Source: Paraspadella gotoi (lineage: Eukaryota; Animalia; Chaetognatha). From it: DNA of 64,000 nt. Made by a program: the position numbers and the translations under genes. Of this stretch, positions 49,601 to 62,095 are shown in pieces. The stretch's first letter is position 1. Each line of letters opens with the position of its first letter. Below the pieces are notes generated by a model, which did not search any database, was not told the origin of the DNA, and worked only from the letters and a program-made list of their open reading frames with translations. Location of the stretch: positions 1-64,000 of the forward strand of contig JBJCIZ010000224.1 of the NCBI GenBank assembly GCA_051294375.1, read 5' to 3'.

Positions 49601-52010
49601 ACATAACACAATTGGGAGCCTTAAAGCCACACACTATCATAAGTAGCATCTGCGTGTAGTAATGAGGTAGCTATGACTCATATGGAACCAGCCATATATT
49701 TAGTGATTGCAAATTCCATCCAGATGGATACATTAAAAAGAAAGAGCTACGCGCTCATCTAAGGAGCGTAGCACAAGACCAGTATTGGAAAGGGGGAAGC
49801 CTCCCATCCACAAACGGGCAGTTAAGGCTGTGCCTCTCGCTCACAGCAAAATTCAAATCAAAATACAGTATCATAAACAACTAAATCCAAAAACACCATA
49901 TTGCCGTCTGAGCCCAACTCACACGAATCGACACGAACTAGGAGAGACAGTCACAAAACTGTTTCCTTATCCCCGCCTATACTTTCCCCCTTTGGCAAGA
50001 ATTCCGTGACTTCTGCCTTGATGTTCCAGACTCTGACGGAATCACCGCTCACACGGCACGACCTTTATCGGAGTTGTCGTACGCTCGGTTAAGAGGCTTA
50101 GAGACATAGATTCTCGTATGCCTCAATAGATAGCTATTGCTTTTGGGGCATTGCTTACGCAAATAGTTGCTTCACTACAGCAATTTAAATAATCTTTTGG
50201 AGAGTGATTAATCTTCAAAAGCGTCATTTTTCGGCTGCTTTTTGACAACTGCCTTGGATATTTGATTTTATTTAATTTGAATTTAGATCGGTATTTTAGG
50301 ACTGGCCAATAATGATTTCAATTATACCATATAACTTCGGATCATTTTGAATGGATTTGTAGTTATAGAGCATATATACATCTGATGCAGAAGACATTTT
50401 CCCTTTCTCGTTCAGACTATCTGCAATTAATTTTATTTAATCACTAAATATCTTGGAATTGTAAGGTATTCTGATTTCTTGGGCGTAGCAATTGGATGCG
50501 TGGTCGTCCGGGATCTTTCTATATGAGAGCGACTCTAAAGTATATGTGTAGACGAGGGAGGGAACCTTGTCGTTGAGTGGGTTCTGTGATGGAGGGGGAA
50601 TTCGTTCCCCTTCCCACTTTATTTATCTTCTTTAACTCTGTTAAAGAGCCGTTTACACCTAGAGGATATGCACATCCTGAAGATTTGTGATTGAATACAA
50701 ATTACAATATCAATGAAAATATAATAAGTCTCACTTTGATATTCCTCGGAATGATCGTATTACTCATCATCACCCACTGTTATCCAGTATTGCTTTTTAA
50801 AAGTGGATTCAAGAATGGCAACAAGTAAGGAATCGACCTCTCGGGTCTCAGAGAGAAGACGCGTGTATAAGGACATATTTGATTGAGTTAGGGGTCTTAG
50901 CACGTTCCTATGTCTACAACAGGTATATCAGAAGAGTTGTAGGAAACGCAGTCCACCGGTGGAGACTATCCCCACATCCCTGCGCGGAGCTGTCTGCCCA
51001 GACAGCAAGGAGCAACCCGTGCGCGATTTAGACGATGGCCTGAGTGCCGTGTGATATAGGGGGTTCTTCTTAGTATACTGTGTTATGGAGTGAATCATCA
51101 CCACAACTAGCGGAATGCTTTTAATTTTTACTTGAATTAATAGACACGCGAAACCAGTTAATTTTATTATTAAATTAATTAACTTTGGCATTCCCATGTA
51201 TGTTAGTTGTTCACATAAATAACGTTGATCCCCTTATACGCCGTCTCTAGAGTTGTGATCCGGATCTCTTCGAGCGTAACTTGAGCGCGTTCTGAGGACA
51301 TGCCTTTGCTTGTGCGCTTTCACTCCAGGAGTGTCCATGTGCCGGCCGCCTTCGTATTACTAGAAATGTGTGGTCATGTTTGCGCGGCTCGAAGCTATCG
51401 TAGCGTACCATGCATATTCGAGCTTCACATCATGTATGCGAGTCCGAGAAGACTGGAAGAGTTGTACAAGAGAATTCTACTTTTTTTTTTACAGCGGTTT
51501 CCCGACCGCCATTGTCAAGCGGCCATGTTTTTTCAAATTTTTAACGTCACACTCAATCCTGTCCCTACTTTTCCAAATAATATACAAATATTATTTTATG
51601 TCTCTATCTGAAGACAGAATACACGCGTTGGTAAATTCTCTGATGCTATGACATATATGTAACTGCATGTAGCTTTATGTCTAATTCTTGATCCTTATGT
51701 AGTAATATAGAAAATAACTTAAAAAACTTAACAGGTTCATCGGCCATATTAACTTAAATATTTTTTTTTTACCACGAGACTTTATCAACAAGACACCCCA
51801 GGAGCACGTTATCTAAAGAGCGTTGTAATTGAGTTAAACGTTGTGCAGCAAAAGCGCAACTCTAGGCCGATGTATGACAGTGATTTTAATATTGTAACAT
51901 TGGTAAACTTGCCGATCTAATTCTTATAACATATAGCCAAACCACAAAGTATTTTTTTTTTTATTTCTATTCTTTTAATCATTTCTCTGTATTACTTTAA
52001 AATTATAAAA
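40650..52010 (-). repeat. Left arm of a ~17 kb read fold-back: noisy reverse complement of 52065-57850
   Basis: Matched pairs are 40742~57762, 43375~56140, 48050-48310~54010-54190, 49390-49430~53655-53690, 51085-51230~52665-52800 and 51520-51590~52410-52506. This arm is about twice as long as its partner because of insertions. Confidence 0.9.
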
Positions 52011-52064
52011 ATTCTCCTGTCTATTATTACACATCAACAACGTTGAAGACAGAAAGAGAGAGAT
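52011..52064 (+). other. Degraded PacBio SMRTbell hairpin adapter at the palindrome axis
   Basis: Observed ATTCTCCTGTCT...CATCAACAACGTTGAAGACAGAAAGAGAGAGAT versus the adapter ATCTCTCTCAACAACAACAACGGAGGAGGAGGAAAAGAGAGAGAT. CAACAACG and the terminal AAAGAGAGAGAT match exactly, and the motif sits where the two arms meet. Confidence 0.8.
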
Positions 52065-54230
52065 ATATTTCTTAAGTTATATGTATATGTACACGAAATG
52101 CAAAGATGATATATATTGATATTTTATGTGCAATTGATCGTTGGTTTTGTGCGTTTTGTGCACTGTTATTTCAGTCGCCCTTTGCTATCACTATTTTCAT
52201 ATATAGTGACTTTTTTATTTGTACATCGACATACTTCTTTTTTTAAACCTTGCCACGCGGTTGTTTTGTCTTGTTCTTTGTAAAAGAAAAAAACTATTAT
52301 AAAATGAACTTAAGTTTAATATTCCAATATGGATAGATAAGCAATGCAGTTTACATTTCCAAAGATAAAATTTTGTAATGTATGATAATAATAAATAATG
52401 AGATTTATGTATTTTTTATTTTTTGGAAAAGAGGGACAGGATGGAGTTTTTTTAGCTTTTTCTGACATGTTTAAAATTTTTGAAAAAAAAATGCTTGAAT
52501 TTGGCCGTTGTAAGCCAGAATCTGCAAATGATTATGAACTTGCAAAACTTCAGCTCCCTAGTGAGAGACTGAACCACATCTTTTAATACAGGGCGGCATG
52601 GACCTCCTGGTGACCAAAGGTCAAAAGTCAAAGTTACGAGTAAAAGGTCACATTTAGACGATTTGAATCAACGTTATTTTTATGTGACACTACATACATG
52701 GGATGGCAAAGTTAATTAATTTAATTAATAAAATTAACTGGTTAGTGTCTATTAATTCAACAGTAAAAAATTAAAGCATTCCTATTTGTGATGATTCATC
52801 ATATTAGAGACTCTATCAACCGATAGGATTTAAATCGGTGATCACTGCAGCAGACGGCAGGACTGAGTTCGTCAAACTATTGTTTTATCTTAGCACAAAC
52901 GGTAAACAAGTTTAATTCAATATTGTCATAATTAAATTATCAATTACTTTTTCTTATTAAAACTTTAATTGATAAGTATATTCGATCATTCAAATATCAC
53001 TAACTTATTATATTTATTTGATTTGTAATTTGATCATCAAATCTCAATCAATTTATTTCTTAAGGTTTAGGATAAGTCGGCGAACGACAACAAGATGATC
53101 TGATGTCCTAATTTTAGGTGTTCTCTGGCCAGCCCATGTCGAGGACCCATAAGTTTGTGTAATTGCAAGATTTGAATAAAGAAATGTTTTTGATCGATTT
53201 TTTTTAACATCAATATGAGTTTGGATAATGTAGCAGCAAAAGTTTTGAAATTAAATTCAAGTTATAAATTGCTGTTGAATTGAGTCAAAACATATTCAGA
53301 ATCAGTCTCTAGCTAGAACAATGGCGTTTACGTAATGTCCGTCAAGAGTTAGGACGAAGTTGCCAAGGAAATATGTAAAACAGTTTTATTTTTAGTTTCA
53401 CATTTGGTTTGCCGAAATATTGGTTTTGATTGATTGTTTATTGATACTGTATTTTGATTTGAATTTCTGACTGAACTGTTTTTCATTTTATGACGCGTCC
53501 TTTTTTAGTATCTATACTATTTAGAGCATTTATCCGATTTGTTTTAATACCAAGTATCTTAAGGCGCGTTTAACCTTTACTTTTACTCCTAACTATTTTG
53601 CGGCATAGCTTTACACCATGTATGACGGTGTAACCTTTTTGCTATTGTTTTAGCATTTGTTTCTTGCCCTCAATTTTTGTTTTACTTTTGATAATTAATA
53701 AATCATTTAATTGATTAAATATATTTAGGAGGGCGGTGTCAGAATATTAAAGTATTATTAGCAAAAATCTCGGTCTTGTAGTTTACAAATAAACCTTCGC
53801 CGAAAAATTGTAAACAAATGCTTTTTGGTTTTCGATTGCTTGTAATTCTTCAGTCGTGATTTTTGGCCGAGTAACAATTTGTATTTCTCTCCCGTTTTTA
53901 TTCTTTTGTTTTACCCTTATTTAATATAACTATAGTGAATACTCAATCCTCTATTAATATATTGGCTAAATAGATTCGTTAATTTTACAGGAGTTAGTAA
54001 ATAAAGACGACAGACGTCTAAAAAAAGAAGAAAAAAAAAATTTCGTTGGCTTCGACTGTATGAGACGCTGACGACAACCAACAACTACAACGAAGACGGA
54101 CGACGACGACGAGACGACGAACCTGGAACGTCCCGACGAAAGTCGAAAGCTCGGAGAGGCGGGAAAAAAGAAAAAAAGGGAGGAAATGAGAGAGAGAGAG
54201 GGAAGAGAGAGAGAGAGAGAATAGAGAGAG

Positions 54231-54294
<64 letters not shown>

Positions 54295-55954
54295 AGCCAG
54301 ACAGCCGAACTTGTAAGACAGAACGAGTCTCAATCGGGGGCGAAAACTCGAAGAAGAAGAAGAAGAAGAAGAAAAGAAGAAAAGAAGAAAAAGAAAAAGA
54401 AGAAAAGAAAAGAAAAAGAAAAAGAAAAGAAAAAGAAAAAAAAAGAAGAAGAAGAAGAATTATTGTTAGTATTATTGATAATAATTAAATTAATATCTAG
54501 AAATTAGTGTATTTAATCCTTTCTTTTTCGTTGTATTGAATTTATTACAGAATGGCAATTTTTTTTTTCATCCAAAGCAGAATCATGTCCGTTTCTATGT
54601 TAAATTAAAATTTAATTTTCCGAAAATCTCAAAATCATCAAATTTTTTTGCCAGTTTAAACGAAATGATTATTAATATTTATTGATGAATAAATAAAATT
54701 TTTTGGTTGGGTTATTTAAAATTAATTCTGAAATTTCGAGAATTGAAGGAAAAAAAAGTGAGTTTAATTCGAAGTGAGGAAAATTAAGGTAAGGAGGTAA
54801 GGTCGGGTATTTAATGGGAGGGAAATATGCATCGTCGTTGAGGGGAGGGAGGGGGGAGAGGAGAAGAGAGGGGGAGAGAGACGCATGAGGGGATGGGTGA
54901 CAAAGGTTTTTTTTTGGAGAAGGATGAAGCAAAAAAGAAGGAAAGAGAGAGATGGGAGATAAAAAAAATATCGATAACAATGGTTCTCTTGAAATGAAGG
55001 AGAAACGAGGAAGCGGAGGAAGAGCGTGAAAGGATCGAGGGAAAGACATAAAGAATGAAACAAAGAAGAAGACGCGGAGGCAGAGAAAAGGAAAAAAAAG
55101 GAACGGCGCGGGAAAAAAGTGGAGGAAAAGGAATGAGATGAAAAATTCGGAAAAGAAAAGGAGGAAATCTTGGAGGAGAATCGTCGGCGGGTTTTAAAGA
55201 AGGAAAATAAGTGGAGGAAAGAAAGGAGGGGGGAAAGGAAAGGTTTAAAAGGAAAAGAAAGAAGTGGCGGGAAAGAAAGGAGAGGGAAAAAAGAAAGGTT
55301 GAAAGAAAAAGAAAAGAAGTGGAGGAAAGGAAAGGAAGAGAGGAAAAGGAAAGGTTAATTGAAAAGAAAAAGAGTGGCGGGAAAGAAAAGGAGAGGGTAA
55401 AAAGAAAGGTTAAAAGGAAAAGAAAAGAAGTGGAGAAAAGGAAAGAAGAAAAAGAGGAAAGGAGGAAGGGCGAGAGAGAAATATTCCTTGGAGAAGACCG
55501 GAGATGGACTAGCGTTTAAAAATTAAACAGCAGGAAGAAAACAAAGAAGAAAAACACGAAGTTCTCTCGCGTAGGTTTAAAGGAATTCCTTCATAAATCA
55601 GGAGATGATCGTGAGGAAAGAGATAGAGAGAGAGAGGGCGGTGTGAGGGAGAGAGAGAGAGGGAGGGAGGTATAGGCAGGGAGAGAGGGAGAAATGAAAA
55701 AGAGAGGACACGACTCAGAACAAGGAGAGAGAAAAAAAAAACAGATTAAAAAGAAACTTGAGAAATGCTAAACGCCAAGAGAATCAAGAAGACACACAGA
55801 GAGAAATACAGACAGACAGGCAGACAGTAGACCTACAGATAAGAAAGACAGTCAAACCTTCCGAAATTAGCAGTGCGAGAACGGAGGAGAGGACCCGACA
55901 TAAAGACAGCCGAACCAGCGGTCTAAAGAAGTGAGAGTCGGAAGTGAGAGAGAG

Positions 55955-56017
<63 letters not shown>

Positions 56018-56518
56018 CAAGAGAAGAGAGAGCGCAGAAGGCAGTTGGAGCGAAGCGGCGGCGTCCAGCGATTCCCTCTAAGGCCTTGGGAGGGCAGGAT
56101 TTACTGCCTCCGCGGTCACTGCCCTCGGCGATGGCGTCTTAGCGAAGGAAATAAAGGATTGGGAGACGAGAGGGAGAGAGAGAGAGGGAAGAGGGAGGAA
56201 GGATGGGAGGAGGGATGGAGAGTTGGGGAGGAAGGGAGAAGAGGGAAAGAGGGAAGGGGAGGAGGAAGGAAAAGCGATTAAAGGGTTGGGAAGAGGAAAG
56301 GAAGGAAAAGAAAGGAAGAGGGGGAGGGGAGGAGAGGAAGAGAAGAAAAGAAGAGAAGGAAAAAAGAAGAAGAAAGAAGAAAGGAAAGGGAACAAAGTTT
56401 GGGGGGAAAACCGAGAACCGAATTTTAGTAGGAAAATAGAAGAGAAGGAGAGAAATTCAAATGATGAAGAAAAAGAAATAAAAATGAGAGGATTAAAGGA
56501 AGAAAGAAAAAGAAAATG

Positions 56519-56770
56519 AGAACGACTACATGACTACAATAACTTTTTTAGCCCGTGTATTTATGACCTTCACTGCATCAAATCCGTCTTACATTCTATT
56601 TTAGGTTTAGGATTTCCTGTAGCGGCGCTTGCAGTCACTTGAATTGAGGTTTTTCTCTGTCTTAACAAAATAGCAACCAATTATTGGGAAATTAATATGC
56701 ATTTTTAACGTAAGTGGGACAGACCGACGGACGACAATACAGACTGACCGACCGACCGACCGACTAAAAA
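56519..56770 (+). mobile_element. DINE-1/HINE-like fragment ending (GACC)n-GACTAAAA
   Basis: Same core as 32060-32277, followed by AGACTGACCGACCGACCGACCGACTAAAAA. Confidence 0.5.
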
Positions 56771-57419
56771 GAAAATGAGAATGGAAAAGGCGTCTAAAGG
56801 AAGGAAGTTGAATGCGATGANNNNNNNNNNNNNNNNNNNNNNNNNTAAAGGAAGGAAGTGAATGCGATGATGAGACTAAAGAAAAAGGACGGGAATCACA
56901 AAAGGGAAAAAGGAGAGCGTCGAAATTACTCTGATGTTTTCAAATCTAGTTAGCGACACAGAAATGCGTGCATTTTTAAATGGCACAAGTCGAAAAAATA
57001 CATCGATACCTCAATAATAAGTTAACTTACGGTATTTTACTTAAATATTAATTTGTTATCAATAATCTAAATTTGTAAACTCTAACTCTCTGAAATATAT
57101 TGCTCGATGACATTTTTTGTGTCTTTCAGTACAGGGTTCTTTTTTTTTTAAATATTCTGATCTTGAGACGAAATCCCTTGTATCGAATTTTGCGAAGTCA
57201 GCGCCGCCTGTCACCGGATCTCTCTCGTTGTCGTTGTCTTCGTCTTTGTCGTCCCCCGTTGCCGCCCACATCCTTCTTTGTCTTTGACGTCATGATCATC
57301 TTTCCGCCGATTTTAAAAAAAATGACGAAAACGACAATGACGTCCGAAGGATTCGTCGTCATCGTCGCTACATTTTCGTCATCGTCATCTAAGGATTTAA
57401 ATTAAGAAAAAAACAAAGG

Positions 57420-57688
57420 AACAAGAACGGATATTGAGATTCGCGTTGCGCCGCAGTGACAGTAGTATTTTCGTGTATCTTCGACACGCGCTGCATTAGA
57501 ATCTAGTCTTTTATTCTTTATAGTTTTCTTTAAAAACAGATTAGATTAGATTTTGGGTTCTATTTCCGTCTTTACAAATGAGCATCCAACTCACGTAATT
57601 GGGACAGATTAACGGACAGACATACGGACCGACCGACCGAAAAGTGACTTATGGAGTTGCTCCGCGAGTACTCGCGTTTCGACTAAAA
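57420..57688 (+). mobile_element. DINE-1/HINE-like element with both ends (second variant)
   Basis: Starts AACAAGAAC..GTTGCGCCGCAGTGAC, has an internal GGAC/AGAC/GACC microsatellite and AAGTGACTTAT, a 14-bp perfect palindrome CGCGAGTACTCGCG (57663-57676), and ends GACTAAAA. Confidence 0.6.
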
Positions 57689-57884
57689 CGAACCATTTTT
57701 TTTTTCTTTTTTCGTTATTCTTCTTGTTTGTTTGTTTTGATTCTTTGTTAACATTCTTTGTTTTTCTTTGCTAGTCGTCCTCCCTCCATTTTTTTTATTT
57801 TTCGGATCTTCGTCTTTTTTTTTCTTCTTTTTTTCCCTCTCGCTCTCGATTTGTTCGCTGCCTTTCGGTGTCCTCGACTTCTCT

Positions 57885-57916
<32 letters not shown>

Positions 57917-57974
57917 CTTCTCTCTCCTCTCTCTCTGCTCTCTCTCTGCTCTGCTTCTCTCTCCTCTCTCTCAT

Positions 57975-58575
57975 CTCTCTCTCGTGCGGTTTTTCCCTTT
58001 CCGTTCGGAGAGCGGAGACTGACGCTCCCCCCTTCTCCCCCTCATCTCTCTCCCGTTTTTCGACGACGGACGTCGGCTCGCGGCGTCTCTCCGCCCCGCC
58101 CCCCCGGTCGCCCCCCTCCCGTCGCACCCCCCATATTCTCCTCTCTTCTCCCTCCTTCTTCGACTTCCGACTCATTCGAAGTCAAATTCGAAAATTCGCT
58201 TGTACGTCCTTCGGTCTCGTTCTTCTTCCTCTTTTCTTCCTCCATTTTGTCCTAACTCTCGTTCTCTTTCCTCTTTATCTTCTCCAGTTTTCCTCTCTTT
58301 TCTTTTTTACCCTTTCCTCTTTTCTCTTTCTCCGTTTTCCTCCCTCTTTTCCTTCTTCTTTAATATCGAATCAGCCTCCAATCTATATCATTTTCTTTCC
58401 TTTTTTTTGCATTTTTTTCCTCTTTCTTCTCTCTCCTCCCTTTCTTTTTTCTCTCCCTCCTTCTCTATCTCTCTCTCCTCTCTCTCTCCCTCTCTCGCTC
58501 TCCATCTCCGGTTCGTCTCCCTTTCTCTCCCCCTCTTCCCCCATCGCTCGAAATCGAACCCGGCAGACAAAGGAT

Positions 58576-58612
<37 letters not shown>

Positions 58613-59211
58613 TCTCTCTCCTCTCTCTCTCTCTCTCTCATCTCTCTCCTCTCTCTCTCTCTTCTCGCTGGCGCGCCAGGCGCGAGAGGAAAAAGAAAAA
58701 AGGAGAGAAAAAAAAAGGAAAAAAGAATCGAGGCGACGGAAAGGAAGAGGAGCCAAACATCAGCACATCTTTCCACGCATCACGCAACGCGAGAGCGCGA
58801 CGAGAGAGACAGCGAGACAGAGAGCGAGCGAAAGAACAGAGAGCGACTCCGTTCCTGGCGAGAAGGGGGGGGAACAACGAGGGGGCGTTGGGGTTTTTGC
58901 TTCGGGCGTGGCGGCCACAATCCGGGGATAGAGAGTGAGGGGAGAGGGGGTCACTTTTGAGCGTCGATGGTGGGGGAAATGGCGTAGCGTCAATGAACGT
59001 GCGAAGGCGTGGCCGGTCGCGGGCGAGTTGGTTCGAGAGAGGTCGTCGGCGACGACGTCGGGAACCGCCGGCGTCGAGGTGGCGCTATTCGTGGCGCGAT
59101 TCGTGAGCGTTTTGACGTGGGCGCCAACGAACGCGGAAAAGGGATGCTTATCAGAGAAAACGGGCGACGACGATCGAGTGAAGACGACGATAGACGACGA
59201 ACGACGACGGA

Positions 59212-59242
<31 letters not shown>

Positions 59243-59431
59243 AAGCGCCACAACGCCACGAGGCTTGCGATCTCGCTTGGCGGCGCCGCGGACCGGCGGC
59301 GTGCGAGGCTCGATTCGATGCGACGCCGTTTGGCGCTGGTGGCGCTAACGCCATCCTAGGGGAAACCGAAGAAGGGGAGAGAGATTGCGTTTTTGGCGAA
59401 AACGGCGCTTGCGTGGCCGAGGCGGCGACGC

Positions 59432-59481
<50 letters not shown>

Positions 59482-59670
59482 AGAGAAGAGGAGAGGAGAG
59501 AGAGAGAGGAAAGAGAGAGGTAGAGAAAGAGGAAAAGGGAAAACGCGAGAGCGCTCGAAAGGAAAAAAAAGAAACGGAAACGATAGAGAAAAAAAAAAAT
59601 AAAAGAAAAAATGTCCTAATTGGGAATTTCGGCGTCGAAAAAAAAAAGAAAAAATGGGAGGAAAAGGGAG
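57975..59670 (+). repeat. Block X, cleaner copy, with a CpG-rich core at 58770-59430
   Basis: Collinear with 35240-38250. Confidence 0.85.
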
Positions 59671-59739
59671 GAAGAGAAAAAAAAAAAAAGAAAAAAAAAA
59701 GAAATCGAAAATCGAAGGAAGCTCTGGGGAAAGGAGATA

Positions 59740-59784
<45 letters not shown>

Positions 59785-60309
59785 CCCTCTGTCTATCCTC
59801 TCTCTCTCTCTCCTCTCTCGTCTCTGCTCTCTCGTTCCCCTCCTGCTCTTCCTCTTCTCTCTCTTCCTTGTGCTCTTCTCCCTCTCTTGTGTCTCCGGTG
59901 CTTTATTGCTGTCTCTTTTTTTATCTCTTATTCTCTCCTATTGCCTCCCCTCTTGCCTTTCTCTCCGCATTCTCCTCCCATCCCCCCGCCGCTCATCATC
60001 TCTTCCTACTACCCCCCTCTCTCCTCGGCCTCCTCCCGGACTTCCTATCTCTCGTTTCCCCCACTGCTCCCGCCTTCCCCTCTTTCTTCCTTCTCTCTCT
60101 CTCCCAGCGATCGGCCATATCGTCCTATCTCCCTTTCCTGTTCTCCGGTCCCGACCACCTTCTTCTTTTCTTCTCCTTACTATCACTCGAGCCCTATGTT
60201 CCTCGTCTATCGCCTTGGCTGTTTTTATGCTCTTTCTTTCTTCTGGTTCTCTTTCTCTCGCTTCCTCCCTCGTCTTTTTATAAAGAACCACAAAATCGAC
60301 GTCGCGCGA

Positions 60310-62047
60310 CGGTCACGAAGTTTCGATGAAAAAAAAGATGAGGAGAGAGTAAACAAAGAATGTTAAACAAGAATCAACAAACAAACAAAAAAAAATAACG
60401 AAAAAAGAAAAAAAATGTGTTGTTTAGTCGAACGCGAGTACATCAAGCAACTCCATAAGTCACTTTTCGGTCGGTCGGCTCGTATGTCTGTCAGTTAATC
60501 TGTCCCAATTACGTGAGTTGGATGCTCATTTGTATAAGACGGAAATAGAACCCAAATCTAATCTAATCTGTTTTTTAAAGACTATAAAGAATAAAAGACT
60601 AGATTCTAATGCAGCGCGTGTCGAAGATACACGAAAATACTACTTGTCACTGCGGCGCAACCGAATCTCAATTCCGTTCTTGTTCCTTTTGTTTTTCTTA
60701 ATTTAAATCCTTAGATGACGATGACGAAAATGTAGCGACGAATGACGACGAATCCTTCGGACGTCATTGTCGTTTTCGTCATTTTTTTTAAAATCGGGGA
60801 AAGATGATGATGACGTCAAAGACAAAGAAAGGATGTGGGCGGCAACGGGGACGACAAAGACGAAGACAACGACAACGAAAGAGATCCGGTGACAGGCGGC
60901 GCTGACTTCGCAAATTATGATACAAGGATTTCGTCTCAAGATCCAGAAATTTTAAAAAAAAAAGAACCCTGTACTGAAAGACACAAAAAATGTCATCGAG
61001 CAATATATTTCAGAGAGTTAGAGTTTACAAATTTAGATTATTGATAACAAATTAATATTTAAGTAAAATACCGTAAGTTAACTTATTATTGAGGTATCGA
61101 TGTATTTTTTCGACTTGTGCCATTTAAAAATGCACGCATTTCGTTCGCTAACGTAGATTTGAAAACATCAGAGTAATTTGAACGCTCTCCTTTTTCCCTT
61201 TTGTGATTCCCGTCCTTTTTCTTTAGTCTCATCATCGCATTCAACTTCCTTCCTTTAGACGCCTTTTCCATTCTCATTTTCTTTTTAGTCGGTCGGTCGG
61301 TCGGTCAGTCTTGTATGTCGCTCCGTCGGTCTGTCCCACTTACGTTAAAAATGCATATTAATTTCCCAATAATTGGTTGCTATTTTGTTAAGACAGAGAA
61401 AAACCCTCAATTCAAGTGACTGCAAGCGCCGCTACAGGAAATCCTAAACTAAAATAGAATGTAAGACGGAATTTTGATGCAGTGAAGGTCATAAATACAC
61501 GGGGTAAAAAAGTTATTGTAGTCATGTAGTCGTTCTCATTTTCTTTTTCTTTCTTCCTTTAATCCTCTCATTTTTATTTCTTTTTCTTCATCATTTGAAT
61601 TTCTCTCCTTCTCTTCTATTTTCCTACTAAAATTCGGTTCTCGGTTTTCCCCCCAAACTTTGTTCCCTTTCCTTTCTTTCTTCTTCTCTTTTTTCCTTCT
61701 CTTCTTTTCTTCTCTTCCTCTCCTCCCCTCCCCTCTTTTCTTTCTTTTCCTTCCTTTCCTCTCCCAACCCTTTAATCGCCTTTTCCTTCCTCCTCCCCTT
61801 CCCTCTTTCCCTCTTCTCCCTTCCTCCCAACTCCCCCATCCCTCCTCTCCTTCCTCCCTCTCTCCTCTCTCTCTCTCCCTCTCGCTCCCAATCCTTTTAT
61901 TCCTTCGCTAAGACGCCATCGCCGAGGCAGTGACCGCGGAGGCAGTTAATCATCTGCCCTCCCAAGGCCTTAGAGGGAATCGCTGGACGCCGCCGCTTCG
62001 CTCCAACGCTTCGCGCTCTCTGATCTCTCTCTCTCTCATTCCTCTCT

Positions 62048-62095
<48 letters not shown>

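Larger units (their letters stand above)
52065..57850 (+). repeat. Right arm of the fold-back: AT-rich segment (52065-54012) plus full block Y (54013-~57800)
   Basis: Reverse complement of 40650-52010. The Y part also matches 29567-32277 (direct) and 60310-64000 (inverted). Confidence 0.9.

Noticed and set aside
40650-57850. Biological giant palindrome, Polinton-like TIRs or a hairpin-ended virus
   Set aside because: There is an adapter remnant at the axis, a one-sided insertion error profile, and no polymerase, integrase or capsid ORFs.
57868-60366. ORFs of 240-356 aa and the GC-rich ORFs at 58760-59359
   Set aside because: They are dominated by (CT)n, (AG)n and (GAC)n translation, with no recognisable family.
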